Shown here piece after piece: positions 52,011-64,000 of a DNA stretch of 64,000 nt. Position 1 is the stretch's first letter. The number at the start of each line of letters is the position of its first letter. The DNA comes from Felis catus. Taxonomy: Eukaryota. The stretch spans positions 102,178,001-102,242,000 of the forward strand of contig NC_058373.1 of assembly GCF_018350175.1 (NCBI RefSeq), in the 5' to 3' direction. The notes under the pieces are model-generated. The model worked only from the letters and a program-made list of their open reading frames with translations, ran no database searches and had not been told where the DNA came from. A program made the position numbers and the translations under genes.

Positions 52011-55000
52011 ATGGGATCTGGAATGCATTGTTTTAGGTTTGGGCCTACAAGGATGTTACAGTCTAGTAGAGAAAAGAGAAAAGTGAACGAGCCATTTCCA
52101 TCCAGTGTCATGTTACTGAAGCAGGAGACACAGAATCCTCTGAGAATATCCAATGAACACCTAATAGTTAAATGGCTACCATGTTTTGAGCACTAACAAT
52201 GTGCAATCTGGTCTCCTAAGGGCTTTAATCACATTATCTCATTGAGTTTTTACAACAACTGAGAGCAAGGGGTAAAATTCAGCTCTGTCCAGTGCAGAGC
52301 TATGTTCCTTCCCCTTTGGGATGCAGGTCTTCATTAGTGCTTCAAGGAAGTTTTCACCTCAGAAAAAGTCCTGTCTCAAGAGAAAGTGCAAGAGGGAGAC
52401 TGTCCTCACCTCCAGCCACTTTGCCTCCAGCCATATTTGCCTAATCACGTCCATCCATTTGAAAGCAGGTGACTTTGGGGTGGGCAAGGGAAATTTCAAG
52501 CCCCAGGCATGGGTGTGAGAGTGAAATCGGAGAGGTGAGAGGCAGGCAAGTACCCTGAGGAGGAACTGATTGAAGCAGGTCTAGTATAACTGTTCTACCG
52601 CTAAGGAGCTGTGTTCCCAACATTGCAGAGAACGTGCCCACCCTGGAACAGCTTTCTATGCATTCTTCCCAGCAACACCAGCAGCATAATTGCAAACACA
52701 GCTTGCTTCATGGCTCTCCACAGACACACCAGTCCTTCATGCCAGGTTTTGGGAGAACATACAAGCTATTCACTACAGTCTCAAGCTCACTGGGAACTCT
52801 GAACACCTCATACTTAGAAAGAAAACATTGCTTTTCCAAAGCTCCTTTGCTCTAGATTACGTGAGAGACGTTAGCCTGTATATGCTGATGTCAAACTCTT
52901 CTCTGATAAGGGAATAGATAAGAGAGGCATTTCTTGGAATGAGTATCTAAAAAGAATCTGAGGAGAATCTAAGCCTTGGAGAAAGGGAATTGAGAAGACT
53001 TTGACCTAAGGCAAGGGAAGACAAAACTGCCCTAAATTCATTGCAAAATATATCAGCACCTATACTGTTTTCAATCATTCAACTGGACTTACTAACCACT
53101 TACTCTGTGCCTTGTGCTGGTGATTCAGTAGTGAAGTAGTCAATGCAGTTTCCACTCGCACGCAACTCACAACCTCATAGAAGAGACAATCATTAAGTAA
53201 TTAACACTTGTGATAAGTGATAGGAAAAAAAGCATAACCTAGTAGGTAGGAGTTGAGTAGAGCTCACCAGAGGAAACAATTTGAAGGATGAGCAGGATTT
53301 ACACAGGTAGAGATTGGGAGAAGGGTGCCAGGAAGAGAATACAAGAGTGTCAAGAAGAAGGCCGCTTTGTGTGCAGAAGAGAGGGAGGGGCCAGAAGTGG
53401 GAGTACTTGCCTGCACGTTGGTGTTGGGGGGCAGAGGCTATGAAATGGAGCAAAACAGGGTAGAAGACCTATGATTGGCTCTGTTTTTCCTGTGTTGTCT
53501 ACTAAATGAAACATGCTATCTTCCCATTGATACATTCTCCAATAAACTCAGTTTCAAGTCTTTAGAATCCCTTGGCCATCCAGGATAATCATGCATAGAG
53601 ATCTGGGTTCCCTGAAGTCCTATTAGGCATATTTTCCCAGCATTGTGGAAAAGGAAGTGTCCTTTGTATAATCTTAATACCTTTCAAAGCACCTGCCTAT
53701 GCAGCAGTCTATAAGCCATTTGTGAAAGAATATTGTCAGCACTGTGCTGATTGGGAATGGGGCACCGTCCCTGGATTTATTCCAGAGGGTAAATTAGAGA
53801 AACCCTTGAATGAATAATTTGGTCAGTTCACTCCCTGAGTAACTTCAATTTCCCTATCTTGCTTCTTGTCATAATTTTCTTTCTAACCCAGAAAAGCAGA
53901 ATGTTTACAAAGTACACAAGGTATACTGCTTGGCCTACACCTGCTGTAGTAAACATCTACATTTCCCAGCCCTCTTTAAGGCCTTGCACAGAGCAATTCC
54001 CAAGGTAGCATCTCCTAAGATGTGTTCTGTGATGCACCTGGAGTAAAGTGGTCCATCAGTCAATAGGTTGAGGACAGTACATGTGATATCCACTCACAGA
54101 AAGGTACCACTCACAGAAAGGTTAGTGCATTAGGGCACTAACAAGGCCTATAGTAAAGAAACCCAGTATTTCCCATATGTATTTAATTGCAGGAACTCTT
54201 TGTTTGAATAAGTATGTTTCTATGGCAATACTAGCTGAGGGTATTGCTTATTTTTTATTTAACACTTGTTCAGTGGGTGGTATGTGTCAAGTAGGTGACT
54301 GTGTCACAGAAAGAAGGAATAATAGGGGGAGGGTTTAGTGCATTCAATGTACAGTTTCAAAATATTCAATTCTATAGAGGATAAGAAAAGAAATGGGTGG
54401 ATGAACTCATAAGATACATCAAGTATAGATCAGTAATTAGTAAATAGAGCATGTATGGATTAAACATCAATGAAAAGGGCTACAAGATCCAAGGGTACAT
54501 GAGGTAATAACATACCTGCGGGGCACCTGGGCACTAAATATTCAATGATACATTATATATCAATATTCATGAGTCCTTAATTCGACCACCCACTAGTGTT
54601 ACCTACTAGTGTTCCACGTGCCGTCCATGGCTGTTCAACAGACTATATTACAAGCTACGATTCTGACTAATTGCACCTCTCTAACAGAGCAAGTATCATT
54701 GACCCAGGATCCACTTGTTTGAACCTCAACTCTAGTCTTCATGTCTGCAGCAGGAAAAGCTGATGCAGCTGAGATAGAATACATATAACATAGTATGCCC
54801 CAGGATAGTCCTATCGATGCCACTTGTTCCCTATCCTAAGTGTTTAACTTGACCATTCTCCCCCCCCCCCCTTGCTTCTCACAGTGCTGTACACTGATTT
54901 AATAAAAAGTGTGATCCATGCGTTTCAATTGGGTATGTGAGCCTTTATATTTCATGAACCCTAGGATAGCCTGCCTACTGGTGTACTTGGAGCCTACTCA

Positions 55001-55039
55001 ATTTTCCACATGACAGAGTGACACACAAAGATTTTTAAA

Positions 55040-58000
55040 ATATCTAATATACATTGTCAATAACATTGATAAACGTAGGTTACATTGATCAGGAAAACCC
55101 CCCACAAATTATCAATAGTAAGAATGAGAGATGAAATTACTACACATTATAAAGACACTAAAAGAAGACTAAGGAAATATTAACAACTTTATGCTGATAA
55201 ATTCAACAACTGATGAAAGGGACAAATTCCTTGGAAGGCATAAACTACCAATACTCACTCAAGAAGAAATAAATAATCTAAATAGCCTTATCTGTTAAAT
55301 TGAACCTTCTCACAATAGTACAACCACTTTGGGAAACAGTGGGGCAATTCCCTAAAGGATGAAACAGACTGACTTATATGACCCAGAAATTCTATTCCTA
55401 GGTATATACTCAAGAGCAATGAAAACATATGTTGACACAAACACTTGTAACAAATATTCACAGCAGCGTTATTCATAATAGCTAAAAAGTGGAAACAAAT
55501 CAAATGCCCATTAACTGACGAATGGTTAAACAAAATGTGGTATATCCTCACAGTAGAATATTATTTAGCCATAAAAATGAATGGAATACTGATACATGCC
55601 ATAACATAGACGAACCTTGAAAACATTATGCCAAGTGAAAGAAGCCATTCACAAATGACCACATTGAATATGATTCCATTTATATTAAAGTGCAGAATAG
55701 GCAAATTCATACAGGTTGCCAGGACCTGGGGAGAGTGGGGGAAATGGGGACTGACTCCTGATAGGAACAGAGTTTCCCTTTAGGATAATGAAAATGTTAT
55801 GGGATTTGGTTGTGGTGATAGATGCATAATTCTGCAAATATAGTAAAATCCACTGAATTGTACACTCTAAAAGGGTGAACTTTATGCTCTGTGAATTGTA
55901 TCTCAATAAAGCTATTATTAAATCAATCTTTGTAATTTACCATATTAAAGACAAAAAAGAATCATATGAATAGATGCAGAAAAATATGTGACAAAATCCA
56001 ACATCAATTCTCGGTTTAAAAAAAAAACAACAACAACACCTTAGCCAACTAGGAATAGAAGGAAACTTCCTCAACTGGTTATAGGGCATCTACAGCTAAC
56101 ATTATACTAAATGGTAAAAAAAACTGCATTCTTTCTAAAATTAGAAACAAGGCAAAGATTTCTATTCTCACCATTTCTATTCAACACTGTACTGGTTCCA
56201 GCCAGTGCAATAAGGTAAGAAAAAGAAATAAAAGATGATTAGATTGGAAAGGAAGTAATAAAACTGTCTATTCATAAATGACATAACTGTCTATGCAGAA
56301 AATCTTATGGAGTCTACAAAAATCGGTATTAAAAATAATAAGTGAGCTTTAGCAAGTTTTCTGGATATAAGTTCAATATATAAAAATAGTGTATTTTTAT
56401 ATACTAACAAACAATTGGAAATTGAAATTAAAAACAATACTGTTTACCCTACTACCAAATATATCAAATGCATAGCAATAAATTGACCAAAATATGTATG
56501 TCCTATACTCTGAAAACTATAAAATATAGTTGAGATAAATTAATACCTCAATAAATAAAGAAATATTCTATACTCATGGACCAGAAGACTTAATACTGTG
56601 AAGAAGACAGTTCTCCCTAAATTTATTCAACGCGATCCTAGTCAAAACTCTAACAGTTTTTTTCATGTAAAAATTGACAAGCTAATTCTAAAATTTATTT
56701 GGAGGGGCTCATGGGTGGCTCAGTTGGTTGGGTGTCCAACTCTTGATTTCAGCTCAGGTCACGATCCCAGAGTCCTGGGATTGAGCCCTGTGTTGGACTC
56801 TGTGCTGAGCATGGAGCTTGCTTGAGATTCTCTCTCACTCCCTCTGCTCCTCCCCCATTCTCTCTCTTTCTCCAAAAAAAAAATTTTTTTTTTAGTAAAA
56901 TTCATTTGGAAATGAAAAAGACATAAAATAGCTAGACAAATTTGGAAAGTTAAGTAATCAAGATAGCATGGTATTGGCATGAAAACAGATCACTGGAGAA
57001 CAGAGTGTGGAAACAGACCAACATATATATGGTAAATTGATTTCCAGTGAACATGTAAAAGTGATTTAGTAGAGAAAGGATCCTTGGATTAGAATACCAA
57101 AAGCACAATCCATAAAACAAAAAATTGATAAATTGTACTTCTTTACAATTAATAACTTCTTTTCTTTGAGACACTATTAAGAGAATAATAAGACTAGTTA
57201 CGGACTTAAAGAAAATATTTGTAAACCATATGTAGGACTTGTATATAGAATATATCAAAAAGTTTCAAAACTCAACAATAAGAAAAGCAAACACCCTAAT
57301 TAAAAATAGGCAAATGATTTGAACAGACAATTCATCAAAAAGATACATGGGTGGCAAAAACACATTTACAATGTCATTAGGGAAACTCAAATTATAATCA
57401 CAAAGAGGTATCATTACACATCTATTAGAATATCTAAAACTAAAAAGACTAACCATACCAACTCTTGTCAATGATGTGGAGCAACTGGAACTCTCATGCT
57501 ACTGGTGGAAATACAAAATAGTACAACTACTTGGAAAATAATTTGGTCGTTTCTTAAAAATTTAAACATACCCACCTTAGGGCCCACCCATTCACTTCCA
57601 AGGAGAAAGTATATGTTTATGCAAAGACATGTACACAGATGTTCACGGAAGTTTTATTTCTAGAAGTTTATTTCTAATACTTCAAAACTGGAAACAACCC
57701 AAATGTTCATCAGTAAGTGAATGGATAAACAAATTGTGGTGCATCTACTGAGTAATTGATACCCTCAACAATGGAATACTAGTAATCGATACACTCAACA
57801 ACATGGATGAATCTCAAAATAATGCTGAATGAAAGAAGCCAAAAAAAAAAAAAAAAAAAAAGAGCATACCATATGATTCCATCTGTATGAAATTCTAGAA
57901 AATGCAAGCTAATCTGCAGAGGCAAAGAGTAGACAGCAATTGCCTGAGGACAGGAAAAGGGATTACAAAAGGATATAAGGTAACTTTTGGGAGGGTATGG

Positions 58001-58130
58001 ATATGATCATTTACTTCATTGTGGGGATAGTTTCACAGGTGTGTACATGTTAAAACTTATGACATTTTATAGTTTAAATACATACAGTGTATATTGTGTG
58101 TTAATTATCTCAACAAAACTATTAAAAAGA
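55040..58130 (+). mobile_element. Old L1 ORF2/3'UTR remnant with an internal L1 3' end (~55310-55922) and a SINEC (~56704-56885)
   Basis: Decayed ORF2 segments (gacaaattccttggaaggcataaactacca; ttctattcaacactgtactgg); two L1 3' termini (ctcaataaagctattatt at ~55902, ctcaacaaaactattaaaa at ~58110). Confidence 0.8.
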
Positions 58131-59171
58131 TCAGAGAACAGGGTTTTCCAAAGTAAATGAAGTACCTATTTAAAAAATAATATTCAATATTTATTGAACG
58201 TTTTTATATACCAAATTCTATTCTAGTTAAGAGTTATTACTTCCTTTCATCTTCCCAGTAACCTTATAAAGGAAGTACTATTATTCCCATTAAGTAACTC
58301 ACTCAAATCCCACAAGCCAGTGAGATGTTAAGCCAGAATTCAAACCTCTGACCATTTGACTTTACTACCCATAATCATAACCACTATATAACCTGGATCC
58401 AGAAGGCCCTCAAGGAATTTGGAGTCCAGTGTAGAGACAGATACCACCTTCCAGCCTACAAGAGAGTAAATGAAAGGGAGAAAAGGGGGAAATTTGGTGA
58501 AGATTAAACTAATCTCTTGCTAGGTCCCAAACTAGACCATTGACCTAGTGGCATAGGCAATGCTCTGGATAACAGAGTCCTGGTGCTTCTGTCAAGTCAC
58601 TGGACAAGGAAGGAGTTGGGGAAGGATAGGAAGCCTCTGTCTAGACTAAAGGAGATTGACCATGCACATTCAGTTCAGGCAGTCCCACCAGTCAGGGCTC
58701 CTCCAGTTTCTGCCCATGTTAAGACAATCATCAGAAGCAACTGAGCAGACATTGCCTTGACCCATTTCAGGAGTTCCAAAAGAGGTTTTTAATTAGAAGA
58801 TCTAAGATTCAGAACCGGGATGAGCCCTTTCACTGCTCGGTATTTCCACTTCCTCATCTCTAAGATGGGGAAGTTGAATTAGGTGTTGCTGTGGTTCCTT
58901 CTATATTTCACAGGCTTTGTCCTGGCCTGTTTTTATGGTTTTCCCAAAGAGTATGAAGGCTCTGATGGGGATCTATGAAGTGTCTAGAAGGGTGACTTTA
59001 CTTCTCTCAACAGCTCTGCTGACTACAGGGAACTATACTGAGATTATAAAACAACACCATTAAATAACTAGAAAGGAAAATCATTAACGGTAGATGCCTT
59101 TATATCAATAGTTACTTTTGTGATTATCAAAGTAATAGACATTAATTATAGACATTTCAGAAAATACAGAC

Positions 59172-59730
59172 TGTGAGGAAAGAGTTAACACAACATTTCT
59201 GGTTGCTTGCTCCTTACATGTCTTCAAGAGACCCATGATTAACCCTTGGCAGCCCTTAGAGTGTTCTTTATATTGGTGGTTGATGACTTACATACACCAG
59301 GACCAATGGATCATACCATACGTGCTTCTCAGAGGCACTTTGCACAAACATCAAGATCAATGATGTGCACCTAGTTTCATTGTTAGGGTTGGGTTTTGGT
59401 TACCATAGTTGGTTGCATACATAGTAGGATATACTTATGTGACCAGCCCCCTATAAAAGCCTTGGACTCTGAGACTCAAACAGGCTTCTCTGGGTAAAGA
59501 CATTCTATATATGTCCCTGAAGTTAATGGCGAAAGAAAGAGTACTCCTGTGTGGCCTCCACACTCCTGTGTGGAAAGACACTGAAGTCTGTGTTGAATGT
59601 CTGGACCCCATGAGTGCATATCTTTTTCCCACTGCTTTTGCTCTATACGTTTTGCTATAATAAATCTTAGTGAGTATATAACCTGCTATTGAGTCCTGTG
59701 GGTCCTTCTGGTGAATCACTGAATAACACA
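59172..59730 (+). mobile_element. MER21-like ERVL solo LTR
   Basis: gtgaccagccccctataaaagccttggac (TATA 59452-59458), aataaa 59659-59664, gagtcctgtgggtccttctggtgaatcactgaa. Confidence 0.7.
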
Positions 59731-59844
59731 GAGATAAATATATAAATACACACATATATATAAATTAACCCAAATCCGTATACTTGGAGATAACCACTTG
59801 GCTAGCTTTAAAAACAAGGTTTTGACCAACCAAATCATCTTACA

Positions 59845-59878
59845 ACACTTGATCTTAGCCAAAAGGCCAAAAAGTGAT
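59845..59878 (-). pseudogene. 3'-truncated, tailless U2 snRNA retrocopy (U2 nt 1-34)
   Basis: Reverse complement ATCACTTTTTGGCCTTTTGGCTAAGATCAAGTGT matches the U2 5' end at 31/34 nt; flanked by a perfect 15-bp direct repeat ccaaatcatcttaca (59830-59844 and 59879-59893). Confidence 0.9.
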
Positions 59879-60627
59879 CCAAATCATCTTACAGAAGGCC
59901 TTCTAAATTGTGAGAAGGCAAACAAAACTGCTAATTAAATTGGTAAATTGTACCATGGAGTGAAGATTAAATTTTATGGAAGCCCTGTGTTAGGACTTAC
60001 ATAGTTTTACTGTTTTAAATGATTACCAAGATTTACTGAACTTTACTTTTGTGACATAATAATGGTTTCATATATGACTTAATCATTAATTCAGAATCCA
60101 ACTTTTAATCTTGACTGGGTTCCTATGGGAACAGTTAGGACACTTTACAAGAAATGGCTTTATAATACTGCCCAAGAACAGGTTGTGAAAAGCAGAGACT
60201 GCCTGTCTCCCTAAGAGTCTAGGGAGACAACGGGTGGGGGAGTGAACAAGACCAGCTACCCTTCCATGTACCCCTCATTCTATAAATCACCCTTTTTTTG
60301 GCAGCTTCCCTCTGTGACCTTAGTAATAAAAATAATTAATAATAACTACTAACATTAATGAGTACTTATTCTGAGCCAATCACTATTCTAAGCACATGTT
60401 TTCTCTGAATCTTCACAACATCATATTCAGTAAATGCTACTATTTTCCCCTTTATAAAAATGAAGATACCAAGGCTAAGTATAATTAAGTAGCTAGTTCA
60501 TGAAACTAGTAAATTAGATATTACTGGGACTTGAACCTGAACTCAGGTCAGATGCCATACTTCATGTCCCCTTATGTTTATACAAATGAGATGTCACTGA
60601 TATAAATGGGTTTTAGAGTTAGGTTTT

Positions 60628-60663
60628 GTATTAGGGTTTTCAGGGAAACAAAACCAACAAGAT

Positions 60664-60694
<31 letters not shown>

Positions 60695-60990
60695 CACACA
60701 CACATTCACAGATTTATTTTAAGGAATTGGCTCACACGATTGTGGGGGCAGACAAGTCTGGAATTTGCAGAGCAGGCTGGCAAGCTAGAAATTCAGGGAA
60801 GAGTTGACGTTGTAGTCTTGTATTCAAAATCTGAAGGCTGGAAACACCCAGGTTTCTATTTTGCAGTCTTGAAGCAGAATTTCTTTTTCTTCAGGAAACC
60901 TCAGTTTTTGCTCTTAAGGTAACTACCCACATTATGGAAGGTAAAAAAGTCTACTGATTTAAATGTTAATCACACATAAAATGTAACTAT
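60628..60990 (-). mobile_element. MLT2-type ERVL LTR with internal (CA)n
   Basis: tgtattagggttttcagggaaac...taaggaattggctcacacgattgtgggggc...tgatttaaatgttaatcac. Confidence 0.8.
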
Positions 60991-61999
60991 CATAGTTCTG
61001 ATTTTTCTCTTTTGAAGAGGAAAGGGAGGGTGGATCCCCAGATGTGATTTACTCAAGACTAACCCCAAGATGAGCCTGTTACCCAGTGAAAAACCAGTCC
61101 CATGAGTTGGCAAGCCTCTTAGCCACAGCCATGCAAGTGTGGCATTGGCCAGAAGAGGGCACTGCCTTCTACTTGTGTAACATTTGTGCAACCATCTGCA
61201 AGGGAACTAGGAGGATAGAAAAAATGTTGACACTACTTTCAATTATTGTATTTTACAGTCCCTGATTCATTTTAGCACAACCTTTGGTAGAATAAATGCC
61301 TGTGAACTTTTAGTTGTACCGTAAGACCAAAGGACCTCATTGACAATATTCACACTTTCTGTTCAATAACGCAGGAAGACATGGGATGATGGTGTCCTTC
61401 TGCTTTCCTGGTGCATTATAATTGGTCTGGTCAGGCAGCATCAAACCAGTTTTTCCCAGAGTAGGCCAACTCAAGCTGATGCAGGGGGAAAGAAAAAGCT
61501 GAGGCATTGGCAACTAAGAGAAAGAACTGGGAGGACCCCTGGGGCTCCAGGCAGTTGAGGAAACTTCTAGCAAGATTCACAGGATAGGTCTGGGAAGTTA
61601 CTTACTGTGTTTGGGTTTGAGACAATAACACTGCAGGCCCCTTTGGCAATACTACTCAGTCTAGCTGAGCAGTTAAGCTAATCTCTGGATTCTTAATTGG
61701 GAATGGAAATCCACATAAATACAGTTATTCTTTAGTTCTCATTGATAATTAAAAACCCCCCTTCCCTGCTTCCATTTTAATGAGAGCTTCCATTTGTGCA
61801 GCTTGAGATTTTGCAGAGGCCTTTTTCATCCCACAGAAAGTAATAGAGCAGGTACCAATTATTTCCAATTTACAGTTGAGGAAACACAGAGGTTAAGTGC
61901 CTTGCTCTGACTCCCCTGTAATCCAAGCCTGGAAGGAGACCAGAAACCTGGGGCCTGATCTTAGCTTTGTGCTTTGTCCCCTACCAAAAATACATTCCT

Positions 62000-63820
62000 G
62001 GGGCGCCTGGGTGGCTCAGTCTGGTTGAGTGTCTGACCAACTCTTGATTTCAGCTCAGGTCAGGATCCCAGGATCAGGCTCCACAATCAGCGTGGAGCCT
62101 ACTTAAGATTCTCTCTCACGCATGTACTCTCGCTCTCACTCTCCCCTATTCTCTCTCTCTCTCTAAGTTAAAAAAATAAAAAATACACCCCTAACTCTCA
62201 TTTACTGCTATTCCAGGGTCCATTAAAGATGCATATATGCAAACACTGTGAGCTGATAATTCCACTTGTAGGAATGTGTGCAATAAAACCCCATCAACAT
62301 AGAATGGATAAATAAACTGTGGCATATTTCTTTTTTTAATGCTTACTTATTTTGAGAGAGAGGGCACATGAGCACATGCAAGCCAGGGAGGGGCAGAGAG
62401 AGAGGGAGAGAGAATCCCAAGCAGGTTCTGCACTGTAAGCAAAGAGCCCAAAGCGGGGCTTGATCCCACAAGCCCCTGACCTGAGCTGAATTCCAGAGTC
62501 AGAGGCTTAAGCAACTGAGCCACCCAGGCACCCCATCTGTGGCATATGTCTATCATGGAATACAATATAGCAATGAGAATAAGTGAAGAAGATCTACACA
62601 AAATGTGAATAAATTTCACAAGTATACATAAGTTCAAAAACAGGCAAAAATATAAAGTGTTGAAAGTTAGGTTACTGGTTATACCTCAAAGGACTAGTAA
62701 CTGGGGGAGGAGTGGGTATAGAGGTCTTCTGGGGTGACTCTAACATTCTACTTTTTGATCTACATAGTGGTTACCAGGGTAACATAGGTGTGTTCACTTT
62801 GCACAAATTCACCAAGCCATACATTTACAGTGCATGCACTTTTCTGTATCTGTTACACTTCAAGAAAACAATTTTAAAGCCCTGATTTGTCTAAATGAAT
62901 CACCTTTCCGTGAGCAAACATCTGGACTGCCCACATGAAGCTTATCCTCAATTACACCAGATTTGTTTGTTGCTCTGTTCTAACAGTGACCACATCACCA
63001 TTCCCCAGAGTTTCCAAAGCATTGAGAGAGCAGGTCAACAAGGGTCTTTGCATTTGTGCATGCAAGAATACATTTCAGGAGGGCTGCCACCTAGGAAGTT
63101 CAGCACCTGCCTCCAATACTATGAGCATGTGTTCTTTCTTGCATGTCCATAAAGTAAGGAAGAAAGAACTAAGCAGGATAAGCCAAACACAGAAAACATC
63201 TCATCCAAATGCAAAAGCTTTCTTGCCTATGTCCTATTTTAAAAGTTCTTATTTTTGTATGGAAGGTTTCACAGGTTTGCCTGTCACCCTTGAACAGGGG
63301 CCACGCTAATCTTGTCTGTGTCGCTCCAGTGTTTTCAGTAGATGTGCTGCCAAAGCGGGCACACCTGTCTCATTTTTAACAGCCAATGACACTAGCACCA
63401 TTTTTCAGGAAAAATAAGAAACCTAACCCCTGCATCCCAGAGTGCAGACAGCACCTCTAAACAAGAGGGCATAGGGCAGCGATCAAAACTGTTCCAAACT
63501 GTGGCAGGCCCTAGTGAAGTGAGAGATGGAACCCAGGGTACTGTCTGCTTCTCATTAGCTCTTATTGCTTCTTGCAGGAACAAGGTGTTTGAAAAATCTT
63601 TTTTTATTAATTTTTTTAAAAATTTAGAATTTATTTTTGAGAGAGAGAGACAGAGTGAAAGCAGGGGAGGGGCAGAGAGAGAGAAACACACAGAATTAGA
63701 AGCAGGTTCCAGGCTCTGAGCTGTCAGCACAGAGCCCAACGTGGTGCCGAACTCAAGAACCATGAGATCATGACCTGAGCCGAAGTCGTACACCCAACTA
63801 ACTGAGCCACCCAGGTGCCC
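62000..63820. mobile_element. SINECs at ~62000-62185(+), 62330-62534(-) and 63600-63820(-), plus an old L1 3' fragment (~62240-62880)
   Basis: SINEC heads and tails with TSDs (ctgtggcatat; ggtgtttgaaaa). Confidence 0.8.
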
Positions 63821-63915
63821 TGGTGTTTGAAAACCTTAAAAGACGAAAGTACAACAACATATTAGATCAAGGGTTGGCAATCTCTGTCCATGGGCCAAGG
63901 ACATTTGGTTCAGGG

Positions 63916-63917
<2 letters not shown>

Positions 63918-63961
<44 letters not shown>
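63918..63961 (+). repeat. (CA)n microsatellite
   Basis: Read directly from the sequence. Confidence 0.95.
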
Positions 63962-63963
<2 letters not shown>

Positions 63964-64000
63964 CATACTTTCTCAGCTGCTTTGGAGAGCTCCTACCACC

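Noticed and set aside
54090..54122. Short direct repeats (ccactcacagaaaggt twice; similar at ~57747-57800) as an array
   Set aside because: Two-copy local duplications with no spacer structure; not CRISPR-like or otherwise organised.
46000..64000. LGALS3 exons or another gene in the right-hand region
   Set aside because: No CpG island, galectin-like translation or convincing exon seen; the region is dominated by repeats.

Overview
Mammalian genomic DNA, almost certainly from a felid: it carries dense carnivore tRNA-derived SINEC elements, including young SINEC_Fc-type copies. The window holds the conserved WDHD1-SOCS4-MAPK1IP1L block. On the minus strand is the 5' end of WDHD1 (non-coding exon 1 and first coding exon). 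It shares a bidirectional CpG-island promoter with SOCS4 (plus strand; 441-aa CDS in one exon, ~4.9-kb 3'UTR). About 1.5 kb further on is the complete MAPK1IP1L gene (4 exons, 244 aa, 22-nt start-codon microexon, long 3'UTR). The last ~18 kb are repeat-rich intergenic DNA (L1, LTRs, MIR, SINEC). Most notable observations: (1) MAPK1IP1L looks like a paralog or donor of the galectin-3 N-terminal domain, with matching microexon, motifs and exon phases; (2) a spliced 40-codon uORF with three tandem strong-context ATGs in the SOCS4 leader; (3) a (CTG)9 repeat in frame with MAPK1IP1L that could give a non-AUG, Leu-rich N-terminal extension; (4) a tailless U2 retrocopy with a perfect 15-bp target-site duplication. 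Comparisons with human genes and repeat consensi are from recalled knowledge, not database searches; repeat boundaries are approximate.
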